Positions 25,826 through 39,271 of a DNA stretch of 60,000 nt are shown here, one piece after another (the first letter of the stretch is position 1; the number at the start of each line of letters is the position of its first letter). Source of the stretch: Felis catus (Eukaryota). The stretch is taken from NCBI RefSeq assembly GCF_018350175.1, contig NC_058369.1, forward strand, positions 6,822,001-6,882,000. Reading direction: 5' to 3'. Under the pieces are notes generated by a model. It was not told the origin of the DNA and did not search any database. It saw only the letters and a program-made list of their open reading frames with translations. The position numbers were made by a program, and so were the translations under genes.

Positions 25826-27607
25826 ATGTCTTAACATAAAACAATTGAAGACAGTTTAGCTAACAAAACCTTAAGAGATTTTTATTGGCTAATGAATCTT
25901 TCATTCCATAGAAGGGGAGGGGGTGAAATCAGTGCTTTAGCTCAAGCCACATCTTTCTGTATCAGAGAGAAATATTCACAAATATTCTGAGTCCCAGGTT
26001 GTAATAGTCTTCCAAGTTTGCAAATTCCAGCTCTCTCCCAGCCAACACTGTGATTACTTCCATGCATGTGGCAAGAGAATGGAAGGAAACTTAGGAAGGG
26101 AGAGGCTGTGGATCAACTTTCACCTGTGTTTTTAGTTATCTAAAACATTCCATGACCAGATGCATGGGTACTCCATTGCAAACTCCAAAATTTTTAAATT
26201 CTGTATTTTATCCATTAGGATATTCCCCCACTAAATGGATTTTTCTACCTATGCTCTCCCTAATAGTTGCCATAACAGTACCAGGTCTGGTATCTGTTTG
26301 TTCAACTGAGAAATTCTAATTTAATTTTCATGGAAGGAAGTGCCAAAGGCAAATTGGATGTGTGATCATTCAAAGCCATTCGGCTTAAGATGATGTCAGC
26401 TCCTCAGCACCATTTGAAAATTTCTGGCCCCTGAAAAGGCACCACTCATTTCACTTCAGTTGTAAATCTCCATATGAGTATTAGCACTACTACCCAATTA
26501 TTTAAAAAAAATGAAATGTATTACCTTCATAGGGGCTTCAGAATGACTACATGAAACAAAGAAAAGAAACATAGTATGGTGTATGGCACAAGATAAACTC
26601 ATAATGAATAGCTCTCACTTCTGTTGTAAGCAGTGTTACTACTCCTATGCATTCCACAGGCATATATGATGATGGAGATATGCCTTAGCTTCCTTTTGGC
26701 TTAGACATTCATGATTCAATTGATTGGCATTTTTCTCTTTGAAAGACTTATACTATTCCTCATCCCCTTAATGCGTGGCCTGAATTTTTCCCCTTGTGAC
26801 TTGTGCAACTTTTATCTAGGTCATGCCATCTTGTTTCTCCAGAAGATAGAATAGGAGTGAAGTGCGGGGGAGGCATGATTCCTTCACGTGCTCCCTGACT
26901 TTGGTCCCTGGAAGTCAATTAACTGCCTGGTTCTCTGGAAAAAGCAAAACTCTTGAGTTGGTCCCAAAGTCCTCGATCTGGCATGACCCAAGTCATTCAC
27001 CATAACTGGATATTTCACTTTCACTTTCTCTTGCTCTCTCGTCTTTTCACATACTGTTTTTTTTTTTCCTGATACTCTTTCTCCTCATATTTGCCTGAAA
27101 AAACATCATCTTATCCTTTGAGGTGAAGGATCATCTCTTTTAGGAAACCTTCCCTGATCCCCCCTTCCAGACTCTGTTGGGTGTTCCTACTCTGTCCTAT
27201 CCTTGCCCTCGTGTGCGTATTTCGTTCTATTATAGTTAGTGTCCAGTGTCATCTCCCACATGCAGCTATAAACTCCACACTATAGGAATCTTGTGTCTCC
27301 TCACCACTCCCTGTCTAGCACCTATATCAAGTTGAGAATATGAACTCAATAAATATTTGTGGAAAGCTAACTGGATTTTGAATCAGGACAAATCCAATCT
27401 GGTAGGGCTAGACTGGTCTTGACACATCCTTACTTGTCCCAGTAATTGAGAACATAGAGTAATAGGGCCATCTTGAGATTTCCTTCGAAACTTCTACAAC
27501 TCAAACTCCAAAGTGGCTGTTTTCCCAAACCGTGCAATTCTATACTTGTGCCCAAGACCCTAGATGTTGAGATCCTACTTCCTGGAAGTTTCCAGGTGTC
27601 CTTGTGG

Positions 27608-28549
27608 TCAGGAAGATGAAATGATCTTTCTGTTGGCAAGCTTCCTCAGGGCCCCCTTTAGATCTCTGTTCCTCAAGCTATAGATAAAGGGGTTCAGCAT
27701 GGGGGTGACTGTAGTGTACATCACAGCAGAAGCTTTCTCCTTCACAGCTGTGCGGACAGAGGAGGGACACAGATAGACCCCAATGGTGGTCCCATAAAGG
27801 AGAGCAACCACAGAGAGGTGGGAGCTGCAGGTGGAAAAGGCTTTCTTCCTACCCCCTGCAGAAGGGACTTTCATGATGGCCACAATGATGCGAGCATAGG
27901 AGGCCAGGATGCAGATAAAAGGTGCGGCTATCACCAGCCCAGCCACAATGAGCACAAAGATCTTGTTCACAGACGTGTCAGTGCAAGAAAGCCTGAGAAG
28001 GGGAGTGAGGTCACAGAAGTAGTGAGGTAGCTCATTGTTCCCACAGAAAACCAGACGAGCCATCAGGAGAATATGAGTGAGGGATATAAAGTAGGAAAAC
28101 ACCCATGGGCTACCGGCCAGCAGGCCACAGAGGCGTGGGCTCATAATGGTGGTATAGTGTAAGGGGTGACATATAGCCACAAACCTGTCATAAGCCATCA
28201 CAGCAATCAGGACACTGTCAACGATGCCAAAGAAATGGAAAAAGTACATCTGGGTCAGGCAGCAGGCATAGGAGATTGACTTGCTCCTGATTTGGATGTT
28301 CACCAGCATCTTGGGGACTGTGTTGGTGGCCAGACCAAAATCAACCAAAGACAGGTTAGCTAAGAAGAAGTACATGGGGGTGTGGAGGTGGGAGTCTGAG
28401 CTGATTGCCAGGATGATTGAAAGGTTTCCCATGGCCATGACCACATACATGCAGAGGAACAGAGAGAAGAGGAGGGTCTCCTGCTCTGGAGTTTCTGAAA
28501 GCCCCAGGAGGATGAATTCTAATGCTCTGGTTCGGTTCCTTGGTTCCAT
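27608..28549 (-). CDS. Olfactory receptor, OR1M1-like (copy B), 313 aa
   Basis: Intact ORF with all OR motifs and 16 aa differences from copy A by manual comparison. Alternative ATG at 28558. Symbol left empty because it is unclear which copy is the OR1M1 orthologue. Confidence 0.93.
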   Translation of the reverse strand: MEPRNRTRALEFILLGLSETPEQETLLFSLFLCMYVVMAMGNLSIILAISSDSHLHTPMYFFLANLSLVDFGLATNTVPKMLVNIQIRSKSISYACCLTQMYFFHFFGIVDSVLIAVMAYDRFVAICHPLHYTTIMSPRLCGLLAGSPWVFSYFISLTHILLMARLVFCGNNELPHYFCDLTPLLRLSCTDTSVNKIFVLIVAGLVIAAPFICILASYARIIVAIMKVPSAGGRKKAFSTCSSHLSVVALLYGTTIGVYLCPSSVRTAVKEKASAVMYTTVTPMLNPFIYSLRNRDLKGALRKLANRKIISSS

Positions 28550-29359
28550 GGGTATCATTCCTCTGAAAGTATTGAAAGGGAGCAGTTACATTAATGCCAT
28601 GGAGATGAGTCCAGAAGTTTAGATGAGCTTATAACCAATTGCTTATCTGTGTTATTTACAATACTAGCTTATGTATATTTTGCACCTTGAACAATTGATA
28701 CATTGCAATAACACAGGTTTGAAGACTCCGTTCAAAGGACCTTGACTGGGGTATTGCCACTTCAGATACAGATTGGGAGAGGACAGCATGCATGGGTTTT
28801 TGCTGAAAGAATTACTCAAGAATATGCGTCAGGCTAAAATAAATGGAATCCACAGAGTAAGTGATGTCCAAGAAGCAATGATTTACTAAGAAATTGGTAT
28901 ATGTGTAGGAAAAATTTAAACAAAACACTGAGTCTGTAAAGTAATAATTGTAAAATGTGCGTAATCAAGGTGAATTAAAATATTAAGCAACAATAACAGA
29001 GTATATAATAGAGGTAATTAGAATGAAAAATTACAATGTTCTTGTATTGCTTTGCAGGAGAATAGAAATATCGAGTATTTTGGACCTTCTTTGTCAAACA
29101 CATATGATAAAAGATTTTGTGAAACCACTGAAATAAAGAACATAGAGTATATAACTTCTAACTTGGTATGATGGATACATTGGAAATAAAGAGATTTTCA
29201 TCATACCACCTGGAACAGGAAAGGTGTTTTGAAGTTTATTTCTATTGTCTCACAAGAGTAGATACTTAAACTTTAATAAATTTTGTTAAAATGTCAGTAG
29301 TCTAAAATTGATCATTGTGATCTTACTTACACTATGGAAATCACCAAATGCTATCAGAG

Positions 29360-32261
29360 TGTGACAGTTGGCCCATTATAAAGTCGGAAGGAACTCATTC
29401 CACAAGACTGCCCTCATTCTGACACTAACGGCATGTTTAGGGGCTCCCTAACAACCCACAATTTCATAATTTACTAGAAAGACACACAGCTGTTATATTC
29501 ATGGTTACAATTATTATCCTCCCAGTTAGAGTTTATTACAGCTGCCAATCGTATTCTAATAACTTTGTATGGTGACAGATGGTAACTGTATTATTGTGGT
29601 AAGCACTGAGTAATGTATAGAATTGTTGAATCACTATGTTGTACACTTGAAATCAATGTACCATGGCATGTTGAATCACTATGTTGTCAACTATCCTTCA
29701 ATTAAAAAGTAGTTTGTTACAGCTAAAGGGTGCAGATTAAAATCAACCAATAAAAGCAGCACACAGGGCAGAGCCCAGTAAAATACCAAATATTGAGCCT
29801 CCATTGTCAACTATCACCAGAGTCAAGACGGCATCGCTTTTAATACACACAGAATATTGCCAACCAGGGAAGCTCTCCTTAACTTTAGTGTTTGGAATTT
29901 TTATGGAGACTCCATCACGTGGGAACAAATAACTGTCCTCATCCCTCATATCAGTCTCTAAGCTCCAGTCTTCTGAAGATTGGCTGATACCATGTGACCC
30001 AAATCCTCTCCTAAAATCGTGTTATTACTACCTATTGTGGCCATTTCCTCCCTAAGACTATCTGGTAGGGCCAATCCCCACCTCAAATCACAACAAATGT
30101 GACTCAAGATCTCCAGACAAACCAAGACTCTCTTACAAGGTATGACATTCAAAGGGCTTAGAGAATACATCCCAGAAATTTTTTGAGCAGGGATAAATTC
30201 TTTATCACACAGGCAAACACTGCTGTCCTTGGCTAAGGCTGTCTTATAGCAAAATGATGATATGCCTAACATTTCTTGCTATCAGTATGGATAGGGATAA
30301 ATTTGAAGAAATAACTAATCCACGCTATAAAGCCATTACATCCATTGTTGTATTTTTGTCACTTGATCTACCTCTATTTATACATTATGATAAGCTTGTG
30401 AATTATTTAGCATAGAAAGTAATTGATGATTACTAAAATCGGCTCTTCCTCAGACCATTTTCCATTAGTATTCATAATGAGGGGGATTTTAACTCAATTT
30501 CCCAATACGTGAAGCCATCAATATCAGTATTATATTCTTACTAACAGTGTTAATGTTATAATATATTGCAGGATATTAGAAGATACAAACTGAAAAATAC
30601 AAGTCAAAGACACTGGGAACATTACCAGAGTTGCACTCAGTCACTAACAATGAATCCAGTCCATTCTCATATCATATGACCAAAATGTCACCCAGAGCAA
30701 TGCCATTCAGACTGGCAGCCTTCCATCTGACTTGGTCAGGTTCCAAAAGGAGGGGTGACCTCAGCATCTTCTATAACTGAGCTAAGAAACAATATCATCC
30801 TTTGCTCAGAGCCTACGTCAAAGCACCAGTAGAATATTGGGTTTCCCTAACTGCCTAGTCTATGTATCCCTCTACCCTCAATAACTGTTCCTCCTTTTTC
30901 CCATTTATCACTTCCTTTTGCCCAACCTTGCACACCTTTGTTCTGTCAGTCTGCTGGTCCACATGGTGGGCAGAAATATTCGACCTACTGCTTCCCCCTT
31001 AGTCTGCCCCCACTTGTATGGAATGAAGTTATACGGGTATAGAGCTAGTGGCTTCTCGACTACCCCAATTTTCCTAGATGGGGTGAAGGCAAAAATCTAA
31101 GTTGTCAGGCTCTTGGGAATTCTGACAGAAAGATTTAAAAGTAGAGTTAGAGTTCCTTGATGAGGGATTCTCCTCATACCCAGCATGCACAGAGTAGCAC
31201 CAGTCCTGGAACCATTGCATCAAGCAGGAAAAATAAAGTTGATGTAAGGAAGATGCATAGCCACAACACCATCCTGCCCCAAACTTACTGACCCAGATCC
31301 CTTAGATAAGTGCAGGGGTTTGTCTGGTGAAGGTATTCCTGGGCACCCTCAGGTTCAGTGTGGTATCACGCTTGTAAAGGTATGTAAGCCAACACATCAT
31401 GCCTTTATATCTCTCCTGTTTTAGACAACACTGTTTCAAATGTTCATTGCAATGCTCCACCAAACTACTACTCTGAGGATGAAAGTGTGCTCCTTGATTG
31501 GATGTGACTAAGTGGTCCACAGTGATAGTGTCTTCTGATTCAGCCCTTTCATAGTATCTTGAGTATTTTTATCTGCCACTGGGTATGAAAAGCCCAGTGC
31601 AGAGTAAGTGTCCTATCAACAGCCATCTGGAGCCTCAGTCACCAAATCTGTGTGATTTGCCAGCTGTGTATGCAGACTTTCCTCTGTCCTATATTCAAAC
31701 TTGGACCAGAGTCAGGATCTGCCCCAATATTGTCCTTCAACTACATTTCAGCTATTACAAGTAATAGTAACTAAGTGATTGCCTGGAAACTGGCTAATTT
31801 CTTGTTAGCTTATATTTCCTAATGCATTCAGTGAGCCAATCCTCAGGATTTAGATCCATCATTTTTAAATTCTACTGATAACTTTTACCTCTAATAACTG
31901 ATTATAGCACAGCTTCAGTTCCACACACAGGGTGACCCTGAGGCCATCCAAGAGTCAAAGTGGAAGGATGAATGTTTTTCAGTGAGTTTGGGTCATTCTA
32001 GTGAATTCCGCTCTGACACTGACTGTGGGGAGTTGGCACACTACAAAATTAAAGAGAACACAGTCCACAAGATCATTCCCATGTCTGACACCAACTGCAA
32101 GTTTCAAGGGGGTCCCCAAGCCCCCTGTGGTTCATTAATTTGCTAGAAAGACTCATAGATCTCACTGAAAGCTTTTATAGTCGTGGTCACGGTCATTACA
32201 GCTAAAGGATATTTATTTTTGTCTTTGCATGAGAGAGAGACAGAGCGTGAGCCGGTTAGGG

Positions 32262-32340
<79 letters not shown>

Positions 32341-32540
32341 CAGAATCCAAAGCAGGCTCCAGGCTCTGGGCTGTCAGCACAGAGCCTGATGCCAGACCCA
32401 CAACTGTGAGATCATGACCTGAGTCGAAGTCGGATACTTAACCGACTGAGCCACCAAGGCGCCCCACAGCTAAAGGATATTTTTAAATCATCCCAGGTTG
32501 ACTAAAATCAGCCAAGAAGCACAAGGGACCAAAATGCCAA
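29360..32540 (-). mobile_element. ERVL-class (MER21/MER77-like) proviral remnant with two LTR copies and a decayed internal region
   Basis: Direct-repeat LTR sequence at ~29360-30210 and ~32000-32540 (ccacaagactgccctcattctgacactaac vs ccacaagatcattcccatgtctgacaccaac). Integrase-like SNQGAHF..HPQSSSLVEHCNEHLK in ORF 31302..31520. Confidence 0.7.
32215..32465 (-). mobile_element. SINEC with internal (CA)n(GA)n
   Basis: TSD acagctaaaggatattt at 32198-32214 and 32466-32482. Confidence 0.9.
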
Positions 32541-32544
32541 CACG

Positions 32545-33835
32545 GAAGACCCAGGCTTTCTGCCCCTCTGCAAAGATCAACAATTAGCCAGCTATTGAAT
32601 AAAAACAAGCTCTGGGAGAACTCTAGAATCCACTCAAGGAGTTTTTGCAACACAGTGGAACACAAAAACGGAGATCAATCACAGCAGAGAAGAAGAAAGA
32701 CAGCATCTTTTTGCCTGCACTATCCTATCCCCCAAGTTAACAGTGGTAAGCATCAAGAGGGACATTCCCAGCTGGAGAGAGATCCCCTTACCAGTAAAGA
32801 AGGAGGTGGGGGAGCAGCCAGCTTCTCCAGCCTTCTGGAGCACCGCGTAAAGGACTTGCTTCGGTTTTTCCCTCCCCAAACCCTACAAAGCTGAAATGTA
32901 TAGAGACAGCTGAAAACAAGGAAGAAAAGCGGCCCCACAGTATAAGTGACTACAATTCCCAGTGATCTGCTTTGCAGATTAAACTCAGCAGATTTTACCC
33001 CCGAAGAAGGAATCGATGGTAAATAAGCACAGCTGCCAGGACTACCGGACGATTTCACCAGCTTTCACAACACAGGGATTTCCATTCATGGAAGCCAGCT
33101 GCCTGGGTCCCTCCCTGCCCGGGCAAGAGCCCAGGAACCTCACCTGCAGTCAGCTCCGGCCTCTGCAGCCGCACAAGGGCAAGATGCCAGACTAGACTCC
33201 CCTGCTGACCCTCCCAACCATGTGCGTGCTTGGGACTAGCCACCCCAGCTGTGTACCTACAAGCTCTTGGCCTGCTACCCCTTATTGGCCTCCGTGTATG
33301 CAGCCATGGGAAAGCACGCCAATAGCCAGGGCCTCCACAAGCTGTCAGCGAGTCCATAGCTGGCCTCAGCCCTTGCTGCTACCCTGGCCCCCCCCCCCCA
33401 CTACATGTGTGTCTGCAACCAGCCCCTGCCATATATAGGCACCTGCCCCTGGTCCCCACAGCCAAGTGCGGGCACCTCACTGGCTCCAGCCACCCCTGCT
33501 GCCTGCTGAGTTCCCTAGCCGAAGGATCTGAAGGCACTGCTGAGGACCCCAAGAGCCCTTGCAGCCACTGTGGACCTCCCTGTAGCACTCACCAAGGACC
33601 AGCCACCACACAGGTGTCAATGCTGTGGGTCCCAGCAGTCTGGGCTGAAAAGACAACACCACCTCCCTGTCCAAGCCACCACAAGCCCCTGCACTTAGCG
33701 CCCCACACGGCTAGACCCCGGGTCACCGCATGCTCCAGCATACCCCCGCCCACAAGTGAAACTGTTCTCTTACTGAAGTCAGTCCATGAAGTCTGGAAGA
33801 AGTGTTTATTTCTTCAAAGGCTCAGACACCCATGC
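32545..33835 (+). mobile_element. L1 5'UTR-like fragment
   Basis: GC-rich sequence with architecture similar to the L1 5' region at 5615-6600, ending in gaagtctggaagaagtgtttattt... Confidence 0.55.
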
Positions 33836-35037
33836 AACTTTATTTACTTTCACTTTATTTACTACCGCCCTCCTAAAATTATGTTTTACAGCAGATTTGG
33901 GGGACAGTAGGTCAATCCCCTTATTAAAATCCCATCCTTCCCTGCTATTTCTGTCTCCATGCTTCTTCACATTTCGCATCATTTAATAAGTTCCTAATAT
34001 GTGCCAAGCACTAGGATAGATACTTACATATATGACATATCATCCTAGTGACAAACCATGGGGAAGGGGTTATGATCCATTTTTACAGGTGTGATCATTG
34101 AGGCCCAAAGAGGAGAAAGGAGGTGTAGCTCCCACAGCTCCTAAAGGTGAGCTTTGCTCTGCTGTATGTCTTCCTGAGTCCAAAGCTCACAGCCTTTCCA
34201 CTGAGGCACACTGTCCTTTTATATTCTCTCTTCCTGGAGTTCCCTGGCCCCCTGACCATCCTCCACCAGATTTCACTGCTACGGAGCCCCCATGTCAAAG
34301 GTAGTTTCTTACTCTGTGTTTTGACATCACATCAGAGGCTATGCCACTCTGTGGCACTGACAACATCCTACCTCATGGTATCATAATTTGGCTAAAAGAC
34401 TCAGGTATTTTTTTAACACCAAAAGGAGCTAGTGAGTACCCTATAGATTAAGTTACTAACTGAATCAATGTGCTCATCTCACATTCTTCTGTCCTGCACA
34501 CCTAGGCTATCACCCACTTACTCTGTCCCTCCTTGTCTGTCCAAAGCTCTTGGGAAAACTTTAAGTCTCAGGAACGGGGAGACTCATGTGCTCCCTTCAT
34601 CTTCTTGGTTAGGCTCTACTCAAGTAGGCCTAAATCCTACCCTAGATGAATCCCCGGACTTGTTTCTAGGGCCTCTCAGCCTGAAAACATCAAGAAATCC
34701 AAGGGCCTCAAGGACTCAGTGGTGGGAATAATACAAATGTCTTAGAGGGAATGCCTCTGTTCTTCAAGGTGCTCAAGTGGGCTTGGAAAATCAGGTTCAG
34801 ATACTAGGAACTGTGTTACAAATCACTGGTTTTGGAAAGAGATTGGTGGCATCATAGCTGCATGAGGTTGAGCTAGGTAGATAGGTGTGGTTATGAATTC
34901 TGGGCTGGGAAATGAGTGAACTCAGCCACGTAAAATCTCCCAGTGTTTCTGAAAACACAAAGGCTGCCACCTACTCACTTTGCCAACATTCATCAAGGTT
35001 CTCTCTCTTGCTCTCTCTCTCCTTGTCCTCCAAGCCC

Positions 35038-35988
35038 ACTTACTGGGATATCTTTCCTCTTCTTGACATTATCACTGAGGCAAACTTGGCTCAGTTTCCT
35101 CCCTGGTGATGGTCAATAGAGATCCTGGTTCTGTTGCCCAAAGAGGACCAGATCCCGGAGACAAAGAGGATGCCTCACAGAGACACAGGTAGGTATCCAC
35201 CTGGCCCAAAGAAGACAAGCTAGGGTGGGGATGAATTGTAAGAACAGAGGGAATATTTACAATTTCTGAGCCAATGAGAAGTCAATTCCCAAGGCTCCTT
35301 GTTAGACAAATAGTCCAATTTCACGTCTGTTTCCTGTGGGGGCTGGGATATGGAAGTAGGACGCCTGTATTGACTATTTCAGGTCTTTAGGAGGCAACTG
35401 GGTGCAAGTTGCCGGTTTCCCAATGGCTCTTCACCCTCTCCTTGGGGATCTCTCTAAGGTCAAGGGCTTCCCCTGGAGGAGGTGTCCACTCTTCTTTGAA
35501 GCCAGTGTCCCTCATCAGCTCAAGAACCAAGAAACACCTCCGTACATTCACCCAGTGATGTCACACCAAGAAACAAAGACTACCTCCAGCTCCACTTACC
35601 CCCAAGAGGGCAGCTGTCTGTAAAGACACCATGGCTGCCTTCCAGTTCTGCTAAGGGGGCAAGTGGAATCTCACCTGATGGACACACGCCAAGAGAGAGG
35701 CTGGCTGCATGGGTCTGCAGCCAGATCCTTGCTCTGAATATTGGTCCCAGGGTGGCATCTGTGGGAGTCTCTATCTTTGTGTATTTAGGAACTCAGTTTT
35801 AGGAGGTCACTGCCAGAAATCTCAGGTCATATGCCCGCTCAATAAACACCCACGGAACCGATTGATACATTAAGTGCCAGTTTTTAAAAACCTTTAATTA
35901 TGGAAATCAGCCAACCATAGACAAAAGTAGAGAACGTAATACTAGGCTGAGTCATATGAAATTGCCAACATTCCACTATTTTTGACCA
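35038..35988 (-). promoter_or_regulatory. Putative promoter / non-coding 5' exons of OR1M copy B
   Basis: Near-identical to 12800-13775, with the same donor motifs (acttac at 35038-35043 and 35594-35599). Confidence 0.6.
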
Positions 35989-35999
35989 GCAAAACTGGC

Positions 36000-37050
36000 T
36001 TTTTTACATGCTTGCTACTGGAGTTCTCAAGCAGGCAGTCTTACCTGGGTTGCCAGATGGACAGGGGTCCAGTGCTTGGATACATGGGGACCAACCTGGA
36101 TTCACAGACTTGGGCTTAGGACCTGAGTCCATATGACTGGGCTTGGATCCTGGGTTCATGGAGACCAAACAGGCATCAGAGACTACTGAAGTGGCTTTGG
36201 TGTTTGGGTTTGTGGTACCTGGTCTGGGAGTCCAGGGGCCAACCTGGCACCAGGGAAGACCAGAGTTTGAGTCCATGGGAGCCAATCTGGAGCCTAAGGC
36301 CACAAGGATCAGCCAGGTGCTAGGGCCAGTTGGGAGTCTGGGGCTGATCTGGTCCTGGGGCAAGGTTGGAAGCTGAGTCTGTGGGTACCTACCTGGAGTC
36401 TGGGGCCACAGAGGCCAGTCCATTGCCATAGTGTGTCAGGAGCCTGGGTCCATGGGAGCTGGTCTGGATTCTAGGTCCACAGGGGCAGGCCTGGTGTTGG
36501 GGCAAGCCAGGGACCTGGGGTCACACGATTCAGCTTGGCCATGGAGTGAGACAGGAATCTGGGTCTATAATAGCTGACCTGGCACTAGTCTGGCCAGGAG
36601 CTTCAGTGCCTGGGAACCTGCCTAGAGCCTTGGTCTGCCAGAGTGCTGGGGTGCTCCAGGAATCTCAGCTTATGGAAACTGGTTCAGATTCTAGGTCCAC
36701 AGGGGCTGACCTGGCACTGAGGTGGGCCAGGAGCCTGGATCCGTGAGAGTTACCCTGGTGCTGGTGTACATGGTGAAAGAGGGTGCTCACTTCTCTCCCC
36801 CTGCACCCCAGGAAGGTGTCTCTATCCATCTGTGCTGCCTGGTCTTGGGAGAGGGTTGCTGAGGCAATGTGAAACTGATTTTCCCCATCTGCTTCAATGC
36901 ATCTTCTCTTATTTCTGTGCTGTAATCACTCACCTGAATCTTAGATCTCCTGAAGGTATTTTCCTGTGTGCTTCATCGTTTTGAAGGATGTTTCTGGGAA
37001 CAGATGATCACCAGTGACCCTTATGCTGCATCTTGCTGACATCATTCTTC
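36000..37050 (-). mobile_element. Old L1M 5'-end-like region with degenerate GC-rich tandem subunits
   Basis: Repeated units like ggagcctgggtccatgggagctggtctgg / ttctaggtccacaggggc, followed by L1 5'-type sequence. Confidence 0.5.
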
Positions 37051-38740
37051 CCCCATGTGGACTTTTAAAGTGTGATGTAACCATGAATCTTGAAGCTGTT
37101 GTCAACTGTTGACTCTTCAAAACACCACCTGAAAATGCTGTAAAACAAGCTGCTGAGCTTATTAGATCTACCATAGCAAAGGAAAACACCACCTTGAGAG
37201 GATCTCAATACTGTCCGAGAGGGGTAAATCAAGGAAGGATCTTTGTAGGGTCTTAGGCTGGGTGGGTGATTTCAAGTTGGGGTCTTGTAAGGCAAGGGAC
37301 TGGTTAGGATAGGGCAGTTTATAACACAGTAGTTTTGCATGACGGTCACAACACAGAGTGGAAGTGACTCTTAACGAGCCTAGTATTAGTCTTGATAAGT
37401 AAGTTATTTCAGTTGGTTTGTAGTCTTAACTTCAAGGGACTAAGTCATTTTTTGCATGCCTGCAGTATGCTGTTTCCAGTCCTATGTATTCTAACTGGAT
37501 GTTACAGAAATCTGCTCTCAGATTTACCATCTGGTAATCACATTTGTAAACGAGGAGGTTCAACTCCCTTGCTGGGCATTTCTGTTTGACTTTCTTCCTT
37601 TGGGTCTGATTATAATATGACCACTCCTAAAGACTAGACCATTAGAGAATTTTTTTTAATGTCTTCTGATATTTTTTAAATGATGTGATGTCAAATTTTT
37701 CTCCTTGACATTAGCTCACAAGTGGCCTCTGGTTGTGGTCTTTCTCTGTCCTCTTTCTTTCTTGGCCAGCTGTTCATGATGATCTTGGAGGGCAGTAGAG
37801 GACAGGTCCCTTCAGCTCTCAGCCACACAAATTAAAATGAGCCTTGATGTGAAACTCAGTGGGGAGGCTGTCTCCCACTACAGCTTATGGTTAGCCTGTG
37901 ATCCTGTCGATTTGAGTCTTATTGCAAAATCTGTGAGAGAGATTCTCAACTTAGGCTGTGGTTTGGGATCCTTGGAGAATTTTAAAAATCTGACCTCTAG
38001 AGATTTTTAACATAATTGCTCTAGTAGGAGTCTCATGCACTGGAATTTTCAAAAGCACTATGAGAGGTTGGAAAGTACAGCCAGGCCTGAGAGCTGCAGC
38101 CTGGAGCAATTGAGACAGAAAAGACATGCATGTATGCATGTGGATTAATGTAAAAAGGGGTGTCCTAGAGTGATTTCCTTTTTAATGAATGCAGACTGGC
38201 ACACATGGAGCCTGTAAATGGATAGATTATTCATACTTTCAGCTATGGCTATGTCCTCTTTGAATGAACTAAGACTTTGATCAGACAAAGGCTTCCGATC
38301 TGATTCAGCATGAATGCATTAAGCCTTGTCTCTTCTGTGTTTCCAAAAGGGAACTCAGGTTAAATCCCAGTAAGGCATATAGTTCTAGTTAATAGTATTG
38401 CTCTAAGATCTGTTTCCTTGTTTGGGTAATTTACGAAGATTATGAAAGATTATGTCACCATCAAGGGGAGCTCTGGGAAATGTACACTGAAATGATCTTG
38501 GTGCTGTTTTTGCAACTTTTATGTGAGTCGAAAAATAGTTCAAAATAAAAAGTGACAAAAAAGCATTAGCAGGATGGAAACTCTGCCTCTCATGAGATTA
38601 AAACATCAAACAAAATTTTTGGTTTTATGGGAATTTACTATGGTTGACTGACTTGGTGTTTCTTATTGGCATTCAGAAAGGGGAAGTCGATTTGATCCTT
38701 CTTGCCCAGGGCTTTGATCTTATCTATCTATCTATCTATA

Positions 38741-38783
<43 letters not shown>

Positions 38784-39271
38784 GGATATAGATAGATACA
38801 GATATAGGTATAATTTTCTTTTCCTTAGAAGAAAATGGTATCCCATTAGACACACAATTATGAGTCAGATTTTACTGTGGAGAATTGTGTACAAATACAC
38901 AGAAGGAGTTTGTCTGTTCTGTGCTGGGACAACACCTACTATGTGACTACAGGTGCACGAAGGCATGTGGAATGAGATGAGTAAGGGTGGGCACCCTCTG
39001 ACGGTAAGCTCTGGAACATGATCAGTACGTGGGTGACTCTTGCCTATTTACAAGGGGGAACCCCGGTCCCTGAGAGCCCCAGTTGATAAGAATTCTACAC
39101 CTCGAATAGGAGTTTACCTGAGTGTCAGCCTTGGGTAGACATTATGACCTCAGTGGAGTGCCATATTGAAATTGTCAGCTAGGCGTCAGTAATGATGTTT
39201 CTATTATTTAAATATGAATGTCATTCCTGAATGTATATCTCCCTAGTGAATTAAGGTAGAAAGAAGCAAAG

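Noticed and set aside
32595..36746. GC-rich ORFs (167 aa at 33407, 141 aa at 36004; also 195 aa at 5827)
   Set aside because: They lie in L1 5'UTR-like, stop-poor sequence and have no recognisable protein motifs.
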